A stretch of 64,000 bases of DNA from Candidatus Omnitrophota bacterium (GTDB lineage: Bacteria > Omnitrophota > Gorgyraeia > Zapsychrales > JAKLDJ01): the NCBI GenBank assembly GCA_022703585.1, contig JAKLDJ010000001.1, positions 740,006 through 804,005 of the forward strand, written 5' to 3'. Numbering within the stretch: the stretch's first letter is position 1; each line of letters opens with the position of its first letter. Positions 9,325-18,541 of this stretch are shown here, in pieces. The translations under genes and the position numbers were made by a program. The notes beneath the pieces are model-generated. The model was not told where the DNA came from and did no database searches. It saw only the letters and a program-made list of their open reading frames with translations.

Positions 9325-10604
9325 AAGTTCTTGTGGTCGGTTCCGGCGGGCGGGAGCATACGCTTGTCTGGAAATTGAAGCAAAGTAAGAGAGTTAAAGA
9401 AATTTTTTGCGCTCCCGGAAACGGCGGTATTGAGGCGTTGGCCCGGTGCGTACCCATCAAGGCTGATGATATCGGCGGGCTTATTCAATTTGTCCAGGGC
9501 GAAAGAATCGATTTTACCGTTGTTGGTCCCGAAGTGCCGCTGGCCTTAGGTATTGTCGATGAATTTGAAAAAAGGAATTTAAAGATATTCGGGCCCCGCA
9601 AGATGGCCGCGCAGCTTGAGGGGAGCAAGGTTTTTGCCAAAGAATTTATGAAACGGCACCGTATCCCGACGGCCGCTTTCGAGAGTTTTGACAATTGTCC
9701 AGCCGCCGAAAATTATATTCAAAAAGTAAAATTCCCAATTGTCATCAAAGCCGACGGCCTGGCTGCCGGAAAAGGTGTTGTTATCTGCAATTCTTTAAAA
9801 GAAGCGCAGAACGTCCTTGATGAAATCATGACAAAGAGGGTTTTTAACGAGGCCGGAAATCAGGTTGTTATTGAGGAATGCCTGGTGGGTGAGGAGGCTT
9901 CTATCCTGGCCATCAGCGACGGCGAGAATTTTGTCATGCTTGATTCGGCGCAGGATCATAAAAGAATTTTTGATAACGATCAGGGCCCCAACACCGGCGG
10001 TATGGGCGCGTATTCGCCAGCGCCGGTAGTTTCAAAGAAATTATTTAAAGAAATAGCCACGAAAGTGATCAAGCCCGTGATCGACGGGATGAAGCAAGAA
10101 GGGAATATTTTTAAAGGCGTACTTTACGCCGGTATTATGGTTACTGCTAAGGGCCCAAAGGTTTTGGAATTTAACGTCCGCTTTGGCGACCCTGAAACCC
10201 AGGCGATTTTGCCGCGGCTAAAAACCGATTTGCTCGAAATCATGCTGGCGAGCTGCGAAGGAAGATTAAAAGGTTTTGACCTTGAGTGGGATAAACGTTC
10301 TTGTGTTTGTGTGGTTGTAGCCTCCGAAGGTTATCCGGGCGATTACGAAAAAGGAAAAGAGATAGCCGGATTAGAAGCGGCTGCAAGAAATAAGGATGTT
10401 ACGGTTTTTCATGCCGGGACGGTTAAGCGAAACGGTAAAATTTTAACCTCCGGCGGTCGGGTGCTGGGCGTGACCGGCTTAGGCAGTGGCATTGAACAGG
10501 CTGTTAAAAGGGCTTATAATAGCGTTGGAAAAATAGATTTTGAGGGGTGTTATTTTAGGAAAGATATTGCGGCGCGGGCGATTGAAAGGAGCAAAAAGAA
10601 ATGA
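9321..10604 (+). CDS. purD: Phosphoribosylamine-glycine ligase (GAR synthetase)
   Basis: MKVLVVGSGGREHTLVWKL..., ATP-grasp fold, 427 aa. Confidence 0.9.
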   Translation: MKVLVVGSGGREHTLVWKLKQSKRVKEIFCAPGNGGIEALARCVPIKADDIGGLIQFVQGERIDFTVVGPEVPLALGIVDEFEKRNLKIFGPRKMAAQLEGSKVFAKEFMKRHRIPTAAFESFDNCPAAENYIQKVKFPIVIKADGLAAGKGVVICNSLKEAQNVLDEIMTKRVFNEAGNQVVIEECLVGEEASILAISDGENFVMLDSAQDHKRIFDNDQGPNTGGMGAYSPAPVVSKKLFKEIATKVIKPVIDGMKQEGNIFKGVLYAGIMVTAKGPKVLEFNVRFGDPETQAILPRLKTDLLEIMLASCEGRLKGFDLEWDKRSCVCVVVASEGYPGDYEKGKEIAGLEAAARNKDVTVFHAGTVKRNGKILTSGGRVLGVTGLGSGIEQAVKRAYNSVGKIDFEGCYFRKDIAARAIERSKKK

Positions 10605-11089
10605 ATAAAGCAAGAATCGCTATTATCATGGGTAGCCTGTCGGACTTAAAAGTTGTTCAACCGGCTATAGATTTGTTAAAAGATTTTAAAGTGGGTTTTG
10701 AAGTAAAAATTCTATCAGCGCACCGCACGCCCAAAGAACTTGCTCAATATGTCGAAGCAGCGCCAAAGAAGGGGATTAAGGTTTTTATTGCCGCCGCCGG
10801 CGGCGCCGCGGCATTGGCGGGGGTGGTCGCTAGCCACACAGCCTTACCGGTTATCGGAATTCCGGTTGAAACAAAATCTCTAAAAGGTTTGGATTCACTG
10901 CTGTCGACTGTCCAGATGCCGGCCGGTATACCGGTGGCAACGGTGGCGATTGGCGAAGGGGGCGTTAGAAATTCCGCGCTTTTAGCTTTAAGAATATTGG
11001 CTTTATCTGACAAGGGTATTTTGGCGCGGTTGGAGCGGTATCGAAAAAGTCAGAAAAGCAAGATCCTTAAGATAAAGGTCAAGATTTGA
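10601..11089 (+). CDS. purE: N5-carboxyaminoimidazole ribonucleotide mutase (AIR carboxylase catalytic subunit)
   Basis: IAIIMGSLSDLKV...SAHRTP...AAAGGAAALAGVVAS, 162 aa. Confidence 0.9.
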   Translation: MNKARIAIIMGSLSDLKVVQPAIDLLKDFKVGFEVKILSAHRTPKELAQYVEAAPKKGIKVFIAAAGGAAALAGVVASHTALPVIGIPVETKSLKGLDSLLSTVQMPAGIPVATVAIGEGGVRNSALLALRILALSDKGILARLERYRKSQKSKILKIKVKI

Positions 11090-12147
11090 AGACAGAAATT
11101 ATCACGATCAATCCGATGTACCCGGAATTTGATAAGATAGCGCGTTGCGCACAGGCTATTGATCAAGGGGGATTGGTCGTTTTCCCGACGGAAACGGTGT
11201 ACGGCGTGGGGGCGGACTATTCCAACCCGAAAGCGCTCCAGCGTTTGCAGGAAGTTAAAAAACGGCCCGACGGCAAACCGTTTTCTGTCCTGGTATGGCA
11301 AAAGGAAGCTATTGATTTTCTTGCCGAGCCGGTCGGGACAGCCGTGTATAAATTGATCGATGAATTCTGGCCCGGGCCCTTGACGGTTGTTGTCCCTTCC
11401 AAGGATGGGACGGGCACGATCGGCATACGCATGCCTAACCACACAGTGGCGTTAAGCTTAGCTCGGGAGGCCCGTTGCCCGATTGCCGCTCCCTCGGCAA
11501 ATTTTCACGGTAATAGGCCGCCAAAGACATGTCAGGAGGCCTTAAGGGACTTAGACGGCTTGGTGGATATTGCTCTTGATGCCGGGCCTGTCTCCGTGGG
11601 TGAGGAATCGTCGGTTGTTGATGTGACCCAGCCGCTACCAAAAGTTTTACGGGAAGGGCCGATCACCCAAAAAGATGTTGACGCGCTAACCAAAGAAAAG
11701 ATCGTGCTTTTTGTCTGCACGGGCAATAGTTGCCGTTCGGTCATGGCTGAGTATTTACTAAGAAAGATGTTGGATAAAAGAACCGGCATTAAAGTTCTTT
11801 CAGCCGGGACAGGGGTTTTGTTTAATACCGAGGCAAGCTCTGAGACCGTTGAGGCCTTGAGGAAAGAGGGGATGGACGCCTCGGAACATCGTTCGCAACC
11901 TTTAACCAGGACTCTTCTTAAAAAAGCTGACCTTATTTTGACCATGTCGCAAGGCCACCGCCAGCAGGTTTTAGAAAAGGTGCCTTCGGCCGGGTCACGG
12001 ACGTATCTGTTGCGCGAGTTTGGCAATACGCCGGGATCCCGGCTTAATCTGGATATTCCGGATCCTATCGGCCGGTCTCCGGAAGTGTATCAAGAATGTT
12101 TATTGACGATCAAAGAATCCATTAAAAGAGTCGCGGAGCTTATTTGA
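11086..12147 (+). CDS. Fusion of L-threonylcarbamoyladenylate synthase (TsaC/YrdC/YwlC domain) with low-molecular-weight protein tyrosine/arginine phosphatase (YwlE-like)
   Basis: The N-terminal half has VFPTETVYGVGAD (YrdC/Sua5 fold). The C-terminal half has IVLFVCTGNSCRSVMAEYLLRK, the CX5R P-loop of low-molecular-weight phosphatases, and the DP motif in DIPDPIG. TTG start overlaps the purE stop. Confidence 0.8.
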   Translation: MKTEIITINPMYPEFDKIARCAQAIDQGGLVVFPTETVYGVGADYSNPKALQRLQEVKKRPDGKPFSVLVWQKEAIDFLAEPVGTAVYKLIDEFWPGPLTVVVPSKDGTGTIGIRMPNHTVALSLAREARCPIAAPSANFHGNRPPKTCQEALRDLDGLVDIALDAGPVSVGEESSVVDVTQPLPKVLREGPITQKDVDALTKEKIVLFVCTGNSCRSVMAEYLLRKMLDKRTGIKVLSAGTGVLFNTEASSETVEALRKEGMDASEHRSQPLTRTLLKKADLILTMSQGHRQQVLEKVPSAGSRTYLLREFGNTPGSRLNLDIPDPIGRSPEVYQECLLTIKESIKRVAELI

Positions 12148-12202
12148 GACAGTCTAACAATTTCTAAAGGAAAGGCTATCGTTTCGATAGTAAATCTAAT
12201 CA

Positions 12203-12658
12203 ATGAAAATATTCATCGGCGCGGACCATCGAGGGTTTGATTTAAAAAAGAGGATCACAGAATCGCTAAGGTCAAAAGACTATAGCGTCGAGGATGTTGG
12301 CAGTTTCGTGCCCGGTGAATCTTGTGATTACCCAAGGATCGCGTGTTCTCTGGCGAAGAAAGTCGTACGGACCAAAGGGGGTGTCGGTATTCTTATTTGT
12401 ATGACGGGTATCGGTAACGCCATCGCTGCTAACAAGGTTAAGGGAATCAGGGCGGCGCTTTGTTATAATAAAAAAGCAGCCTTCTTTTCCCGCGCCCACA
12501 ACGATGCCAATGTGCTGGTCATAAGTTCACTCTTTATAAAGCCAAAGGATATTATGCCTCTGGTTTTAACCTGGCTTAAAAGTGAATTTGAGGGTGGACG
12601 GCACGCCAGGCGCGTTAATCAAATTAAAAAGATTGAACAAAATTGTTTGTCTTGCTAG
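12203..12658 (+). CDS. rpiB: Ribose-5-phosphate isomerase B
   Basis: [16 protein letters not shown]..., 151 aa, RpiB/LacAB family. Confidence 0.88.
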   Translation: MKIFIGADHRGFDLKKRITESLRSKDYSVEDVGSFVPGESCDYPRIACSLAKKVVRTKGGVGILICMTGIGNAIAANKVKGIRAALCYNKKAAFFSRAHNDANVLVISSLFIKPKDIMPLVLTWLKSEFEGGRHARRVNQIKKIEQNCLSC

Positions 12659-12705
12659 TAAAGTATTTTAAACGAATTCTTTCATCTATCATCGTCGGAG
12701 GAAAT

Positions 12706-13953
12706 ATGCAGGCACTTCAAAAGGTTGACCGCGAGGTTTACGAGGCTATTGTAAACGAAATCAAAAGGCAAAATGACAATCTGGAAATGATCGCGTCGGA
12801 GAATTTTGTCTCGGAGGCGGTTTTAGAGGCTCAGGGCAGTGTCATGACCAATAAATATGCCGAGGGCTATCCGGCGGCGCGCTGGTATGCGGGCTGTCAG
12901 AACGTGGACGTGGTCGAAACCTTGGCTATTGAGCGGGCCAAAAAACTTTTTGGCGCTGAGCACGTTAATGTCCAGCCCCACTGCGGTTCGTCGGCGAACA
13001 TGGCCGTTTATTACGCGGCCTTAAATCCCGGCGACACGGTTTTGGCGATGAACTTAGCCTGCGGCGGGCATCTGACTCACGGACACAAGATGAATTTTTC
13101 CGGCAGGACATATAATATTGTTCCTTACGGCGTGAATAAAGAAACGGAAATGATTGATTATAATGAGGTCCGCGACCTAGCCAAGACCCATAAACCTAAA
13201 ATGATTTTAGCCGGTGCCTCGGCCTATTCCCGGATTATTGATTTTAAGAAATTTAGAGAGATCTGCGACGAGGTCGGCGCCTATCTTTTTGTGGACATGG
13301 CGCATATTGCCGGGCTGGTAGCGGCGGGGCTGCATCCCAATCCGGTGGAGTATGCCGAATTTGTTACTACGACCACGCATAAAACACTGCGCGGCCCGCG
13401 CGCGGGGATGATTTTATGCCGAAAAGATTTTGCCAAGAAAATCGACTCAACGGTTTTTCCTGGGATCCAGGGCGGGCCGCTCATGCATGTTATCGCTGCC
13501 AAGGCCGTTGCCTTGAAAGAGGCATTAACACCCGAATTTAAAAAGTATCAAGAGCAAATTGTTAAGAATGCCAAGGCACTCAGCGAATCGTTGGCTAAAC
13601 GGAACTTTAGAATTGTTTCCGGCGGGACGGACAACCATCTTTTTATGGTGGATTTAAGGCAGAAGAATATTACCGGAAAGGATGCGGCGCATCTTTTGGA
13701 CCAGGTGCGGATTACCGTTAACAAAAACCTTATTCCTTTTGATCCCCAGAGCCCGATGGTGACCAGCGGGCTGCGTATCGGCACCCCGGCTTTGACCACG
13801 CGCGGAATGAAAGAAAGCCAAATGCAGCTGATCGGGGAATTGATCGATCAGGCTATTACCTCAAAAGATGACGCGGCAGCTTTGGAAAATGTGAAAACAA
13901 AAATCGGCCAATTAACGGAAAAGTTTCCTCTGTATAAGAATTTGCTCAAATGA
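12706..13953 (+). CDS. glyA: Serine hydroxymethyltransferase
   Basis: [24 protein letters not shown] (PLP lysine). Start taken at the ATG preceded by GGAGG (12706) rather than the ORF-track start at 12643. Confidence 0.9.
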   Translation: MQALQKVDREVYEAIVNEIKRQNDNLEMIASENFVSEAVLEAQGSVMTNKYAEGYPAARWYAGCQNVDVVETLAIERAKKLFGAEHVNVQPHCGSSANMAVYYAALNPGDTVLAMNLACGGHLTHGHKMNFSGRTYNIVPYGVNKETEMIDYNEVRDLAKTHKPKMILAGASAYSRIIDFKKFREICDEVGAYLFVDMAHIAGLVAAGLHPNPVEYAEFVTTTTHKTLRGPRAGMILCRKDFAKKIDSTVFPGIQGGPLMHVIAAKAVALKEALTPEFKKYQEQIVKNAKALSESLAKRNFRIVSGGTDNHLFMVDLRQKNITGKDAAHLLDQVRITVNKNLIPFDPQSPMVTSGLRIGTPALTTRGMKESQMQLIGELIDQAITSKDDAAALENVKTKIGQLTEKFPLYKNLLK

Positions 13954-14411
13954 AATGTCCTTCGTGCTCCTATCGTGAAACCAAGGTTGTCGATTCAAGG
14001 TTGAGCGGCGACGGCTTTGCCATTCGCCGGCGGCGCCAGTGCCTTAAATGCAAGAAACGTTTTACCACCTACGAATACGTAGAGGAGATGTCGCTCATGG
14101 TGGTCAAGCGTGACGGCCGGCGCGAACCTTTTGACCGCAAAAAGATCATTGCCGGAATCATGAAGGCCTGCGAGAAAAGGCCGATCTCTATTGACCGGAT
14201 GGAGCAGCTGACCGTTGAGGTTGAAAAGGCCCTGCAGCGCAAATATGACCGGGAGGTTAGTTCCCGGGATATCGGCGAATTTATTATGGAAAAATTGGCT
14301 GAGATGGACGAAGTAGCCTATGTCCGTTTCGCCTCTGTTTATCGGCAATTTAGGGACGTTAACCAATTTATGGGCGAACTAAAATATATTTTAGAGAAAC
14401 AGAAGAAATAA
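13950..14411 (+). CDS. nrdR: Transcriptional repressor NrdR
   Basis: [19 protein letters not shown]...[17 protein letters not shown]: zinc ribbon plus ATP-cone. Confidence 0.9.
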   Translation: MKCPSCSYRETKVVDSRLSGDGFAIRRRRQCLKCKKRFTTYEYVEEMSLMVVKRDGRREPFDRKKIIAGIMKACEKRPISIDRMEQLTVEVEKALQRKYDREVSSRDIGEFIMEKLAEMDEVAYVRFASVYRQFRDVNQFMGELKYILEKQKK

Positions 14412-14421
14412 GAGGTTATTC

Positions 14422-14838
14422 ATGGTTGAAGTGGAGCTCAGCAGAATTATCATCGACGAAAAACGCCAGGATCAGATCATTGTTTTAAAGGAAAAGAACG
14501 GCGGTCGGCAGTTTCCTATTGTCATTGGTTTTTTGGAGGCGACCAGCATCAAGATGAAGCTTTCCCGTCAGCAGTTGCGCCGGCCGATGACGCATGATTT
14601 GCTGGTCTTAACGATTTCCGGCCTTGACGCCAAACTTGAGAAGCTTGTTATTGATAAATTAATCGACAATACCTTCCATGCCAAATTATTTATTCTTGCT
14701 CCCGACGGCAAGACAAAGATCATTGACGCCCGGCCCTCCGACGGCATTGCCGTGGCGGTGAGGACCGGTGCCCCGATCTTTGTCGAAGAAGAAGTTATGA
14801 ATAAGGCTGCGTTTATTAAGCCGCAACAGCCGGATTAA
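14422..14838 (+). CDS. Bifunctional nuclease (DUF151/BFN) family protein
   Basis: IIVLKEKNGGRQFPIVIGFLEATSI...PSDGIAVAVRTGAPIFV matches the DUF151 pattern. Confidence 0.7.
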   Translation: MVEVELSRIIIDEKRQDQIIVLKEKNGGRQFPIVIGFLEATSIKMKLSRQQLRRPMTHDLLVLTISGLDAKLEKLVIDKLIDNTFHAKLFILAPDGKTKIIDARPSDGIAVAVRTGAPIFVEEEVMNKAAFIKPQQPD

Positions 14839-14857
14839 CGATTTTTTTCTATTCCCT

Positions 14858-16423
14858 ATGAAAAGTCCCGCCACGAGTCCTCAGGATATCTTGAGCATTG
14901 ACCGGTTAGGCACGCCGGTTCCGTTTTCTTTTAGTGAGAACGCCCGCATTAAAGACATCCGGGAAATTTCCAGGAGAAAAAAGATTAAGGTTTATCTCGT
15001 GGGCGGATGTTGGCGCGATTATTTTTTAGGCAAAGATGTCACTGACTTTGACTTTGCCGTGTCTCGCGATGCCATTGGTATGGCGCGCGCTTTCGCGAAA
15101 GCAATCAAAGGCGCTTTTGTGCTTTTAGATGAGGAACACGGTTGTGCCCGGGTGGTGCGAAAAGAACGGCAAGGGATCGTTACCCCGTTAGAGAAGAATC
15201 TTCTATCGGAGTCAGCGCCAACCGCCGGAGAACAAAGTTCTCTAACGGGGTTTACTTTCGATTTTGCCGATTTTAGAGCGGCAACTCTTCAAAAAGACCT
15301 GCTGCACCGTGATTTTACGGTTAATACCCTGTGCGTTGATATTAATACGATTGGTGCCGAAACAAAGCTTTCTGATATTTTAATCGACTCCAAGGCGGGG
15401 TTAAGAGATCTCAAGGCAAAAAAGATTAAAATGACCGTCGAGGGTGTTTTTAAAGAAGACCCCTTAAGGCTGGTGCGTGCTTTTAGCCTTCAGGCCGAAT
15501 TAGGTTTCGCCATTGAGAAAAAAACGCTGGAGCGAATAAAGAAAGACAGAGATTCTCTCAAAGGCATTGCCTACGAGCGCATCCGCGATGAATTATTTAA
15601 AATATGCGCAAGCAAAAATGCGGCGGTGAATTTTAAGAATATGGCCAAAGTTGGTTTGCTGGAAAGGATCATGCCCCAGGTTACGGTTATGTACAACGTG
15701 GCGCAAGGTGGGTACCATCATTTGGACGTTTGGGCACACTCGTTAATGACAGTGGCTGAATTGGAAGGGGTCTTGCAGGAGTTTAGCAATCACGAGGATA
15801 TCGGAGCCTATCTTAAAGAACCTTTGGGGGCGGACCGCAGCCGTTTGGCGCTGATGAAGCTCGCCGCCCTTTTGCATGATATCGGAAAACCTCAGACGAG
15901 AAAGAAGGAAAAAGGGAAGATTTCTTTTCACGGCCACGAAAGGGTCGGTGCGGAAATTATTAAGAATATTTCCGACTTGCTAAAGCTTTCCACGAGGGAA
16001 AAACATGCTCTTGAAGACATGGTCTTGTGGCATTTGCGCCCGGGGTATTTGTCGAATTTCGAAAATCCTACGCCTCGAGCTGTTTTTAGGTATTTCCGCG
16101 ACACCAAAGAAGAGGGCATCAGCATTCTGCTTTTGTCTTTGGCGGATCAGCGGGCGACCCGAGGGCCGATGACGACTAAAAAAGACCAGGCCCATCACGA
16201 GAGGATTATACGGAATTTATTACGGCACTGTCTCGAGAAGAAAAAGGAAAAGCCGCTGGTGCGCCTGATTAACGGCAATGATCTTATCCGGAAGCTAAAA
16301 CTTACGCCTTCGCCCATTTTTGCCAAGATCTTAAACGAGGTTGAGGAAAAGCAGGCGATGGGCAAGGTCACAACCAAAGATGAAGCCTTAAAGCTGGCCA
16401 GGAGTATCGCGAACAAAAAATAG
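14858..16423 (+). CDS. cca: CCA-adding enzyme / poly(A) polymerase-family tRNA nucleotidyltransferase with HD domain
   Basis: VYLVGGCWRDYFLGKDVTDFDFAV (Pol-beta head), HHLDVWAHSL and LLHDIGKP (HD domain). Confidence 0.8.
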   Translation: MKSPATSPQDILSIDRLGTPVPFSFSENARIKDIREISRRKKIKVYLVGGCWRDYFLGKDVTDFDFAVSRDAIGMARAFAKAIKGAFVLLDEEHGCARVVRKERQGIVTPLEKNLLSESAPTAGEQSSLTGFTFDFADFRAATLQKDLLHRDFTVNTLCVDINTIGAETKLSDILIDSKAGLRDLKAKKIKMTVEGVFKEDPLRLVRAFSLQAELGFAIEKKTLERIKKDRDSLKGIAYERIRDELFKICASKNAAVNFKNMAKVGLLERIMPQVTVMYNVAQGGYHHLDVWAHSLMTVAELEGVLQEFSNHEDIGAYLKEPLGADRSRLALMKLAALLHDIGKPQTRKKEKGKISFHGHERVGAEIIKNISDLLKLSTREKHALEDMVLWHLRPGYLSNFENPTPRAVFRYFRDTKEEGISILLLSLADQRATRGPMTTKKDQAHHERIIRNLLRHCLEKKKEKPLVRLINGNDLIRKLKLTPSPIFAKILNEVEEKQAMGKVTTKDEALKLARSIANKK

Positions 16424-16435
16424 CAGGGGAAACTT

Positions 16436-17404
16436 ATGAAAATAAAGAATACGGAACTTAAAATTGTCAGGGCTGATATTACCCACCTTAAAGTCGATGC
16501 CATTGTTAATCCTACCAGCGATGGGCTTTTAATGCAGGAGGGTTTAGCTGCTTTTATTAAAAAAACTGGCGGGGGCGTTATCGAGAAAGAAGCCGCTAAA
16601 AAAGCCCCTATCAAAGCCGGTGAGGCGGTGTGGACAAAAGGGGGAGCCTTAAAAGCAAAATTTGTCATTCATGCCGCTATTATGGGTACTTGTCCGGGTA
16701 AGAAAAGCGATATCGCCAAAACCGATGAAACGAAAATGCGTCTTGCCTGTCGTAGTATTCTGTCATGTGCCGACCGGCTCAAATTAAAATCCGTTGCTCT
16801 CCCTGCCTTAGGCGGCGGATGCGGCGGTTTTCCCTTGCTAGGCACGGCCAAAATTATGACCCAGGAAGTCCTCAAATACTTGAGGGAGAATAAAACGGGC
16901 TTAACGGAAATTATTTTCTGCCTGCGCGATGATTCGACATTTAAGATCTTCAACCGGGCCGTCTACGGCTATTTGGAACATATCTTGTATAAACTTTCCG
17001 AGGGCCCGTACGTGACGGTGGATGTTATTATTGAGTTAAGAAAAGGAATCATTTTAATCGAACGCTCGAATCCGCCCTACGGATTGGCCTTGCCCGGGGG
17101 TTTTGTCGATTGCGGCGAGAGCTTGGAAGAGGCGGTTGCCCGCGAGGCGAAGGAAGAAACAAATATGACGCTGGTGAATCTAAAGCAATTGCATACGTAT
17201 TCAAAGCCGGAGCGGGATCCGCGTTTTCATACCATTACGACCGTATTCACCGCCCAGGGCCGGGGAAGGCCAAAATTCGGCGATGACGCCAAGGGCTTAA
17301 GGGTTGTGGGTTATCATGACCTCATGAAGCTGGATTATGCCTTTGATCATAAACAGGTCATCAGAGACTATTTGGATTCTAAAAAAATACGCCGGGCTCA
17401 TTAG
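16436..17404 (+). CDS. Macro domain - Nudix hydrolase fusion protein
   Basis: The N-terminal half has ADITHLKVDAIVNPTSDG...VALPALGGGCGGFP (macro fold). The C-terminal half has the Nudix box GGFVDCGESLEEAVAREAKEETN. Confidence 0.8.
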   Translation: MKIKNTELKIVRADITHLKVDAIVNPTSDGLLMQEGLAAFIKKTGGGVIEKEAAKKAPIKAGEAVWTKGGALKAKFVIHAAIMGTCPGKKSDIAKTDETKMRLACRSILSCADRLKLKSVALPALGGGCGGFPLLGTAKIMTQEVLKYLRENKTGLTEIIFCLRDDSTFKIFNRAVYGYLEHILYKLSEGPYVTVDVIIELRKGIILIERSNPPYGLALPGGFVDCGESLEEAVAREAKEETNMTLVNLKQLHTYSKPERDPRFHTITTVFTAQGRGRPKFGDDAKGLRVVGYHDLMKLDYAFDHKQVIRDYLDSKKIRRAH

Positions 17405-17417
17405 AGGTTCTCAAGGA

Positions 17418-18095
17418 ATGGCTAAAAAGTTTTTAAAAGGATTGGTTTTTCTTGCTGTTGCGATTTCGTTCATTTTTATTTATTGGACGATCCGTAACTA
17501 TATTCAGGAAAACGCGATGCTAAAAGAGGTTATCAAGCGTCTCGAGGCTACTTCTCGCGTGGCGCAGGTTTTGGTGACCAACGTCAATTTTGACGAACAG
17601 TCGCAAAAGACATCAACGACAATTAAGTTCTTGGAGTTTGACAGCCAGAATAAACCCTTGGAGCCGAAATATTTCACTTTTGCCGGCAATATTATCCAGT
17701 TTCAATCGTTGGTGGTGCGTTTTGATGATATCAAAATCCGCCAGGCGGACAAATTACGGGGAAAAAGCGCGTATTTATTTATGAATGTTTTTCTTCTTGA
17801 CGGAGAAAATACCCAGGTTTTTGAGATCAATAGAGTATCCGAAATCCCTCTCGGTTACCGCGTGGATAAAAAAGGATCGCCTTTCGAGAAGAAAATATGG
17901 GAAAATTTCTGGCGCTACGCCCTTGACCCCGGCCATGCCCAAAGTATGGGTATAAAAAATGCCCAGATCGAGGCCCCGGGGACCGTGTTTGTGCCGGGTA
18001 CGCTGTATACGATTAAAATTGAACATGACGGGGGCTTAAGAATTGACGCCGAGCCGTTGCCGGAGATACTAAAGGGAGAACAGATAGCAAAATAG
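17418..18095 (+). CDS. Hypothetical membrane-anchored protein (N-terminal TM, periplasmic domain)
   Basis: MAKKFLKGLVFLAVAISFIFIYW is a single TM anchor. No recognisable family. Start taken at the internal ATG 17418, after the stop of the preceding gene. Confidence 0.5.
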   Translation: MAKKFLKGLVFLAVAISFIFIYWTIRNYIQENAMLKEVIKRLEATSRVAQVLVTNVNFDEQSQKTSTTIKFLEFDSQNKPLEPKYFTFAGNIIQFQSLVVRFDDIKIRQADKLRGKSAYLFMNVFLLDGENTQVFEINRVSEIPLGYRVDKKGSPFEKKIWENFWRYALDPGHAQSMGIKNAQIEAPGTVFVPGTLYTIKIEHDGGLRIDAEPLPEILKGEQIAK

Positions 18096-18127
18096 CTTTT
18101 AATAATTTTCTAAAGGCGAGGTGACCT

Positions 18128-18541
18128 ATGGAATTTATCAAAGTTCTTATCGCGGATGACGAAAAAGACACCCTGGAAATTATGGCTAAGAAAGTCTCCG
18201 AGATCGGCTATCAGGTGGTGACTGCCCATGACGGCCAGGAGGCATGGGATAAAATTCAAAGCGAGTTACCGGATGTTATTTTGCTGGATTTGACTATGCC
18301 CAAGATGGACGGGCTCACGGTTTTAAAGAATTTAAGGGAACATCCACCGTCAAAGAAATGGCAGCCGGTTATTATCGTTTCTGCCCGGGGAGAATTAGAG
18401 GATATGAAAACAGGTTTTACGCTCGAGGCGGACCATTATTTAACCAAACCCTGCGAAATGGAGGCGATCTTAAAAGGGATTCGCCTGATGGTCAGCCTTA
18501 TCCCGCAGCGAAGGTCCAAGAAGGAAATGGAGAATACTTAA
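18128..18541 (+). CDS. Single-domain response regulator (CheY-like receiver)
   Basis: ADDEKD...ILLDLTMPKMDG...IIVSA...YLTKP: all canonical REC residues are present. Confidence 0.85.
   Translation: MEFIKVLIADDEKDTLEIMAKKVSEIGYQVVTAHDGQEAWDKIQSELPDVILLDLTMPKMDGLTVLKNLREHPPSKKWQPVIIVSARGELEDMKTGFTLEADHYLTKPCEMEAILKGIRLMVSLIPQRRSKKEMENT

Noticed and set aside
11050-12026. Several minus-strand ORFs (130, 75, 68, 164 aa) overlapping tsaC-ywlE
   Set aside because: They sit antisense to a conserved domain-rich CDS and have no start context. Rejected as artefacts.
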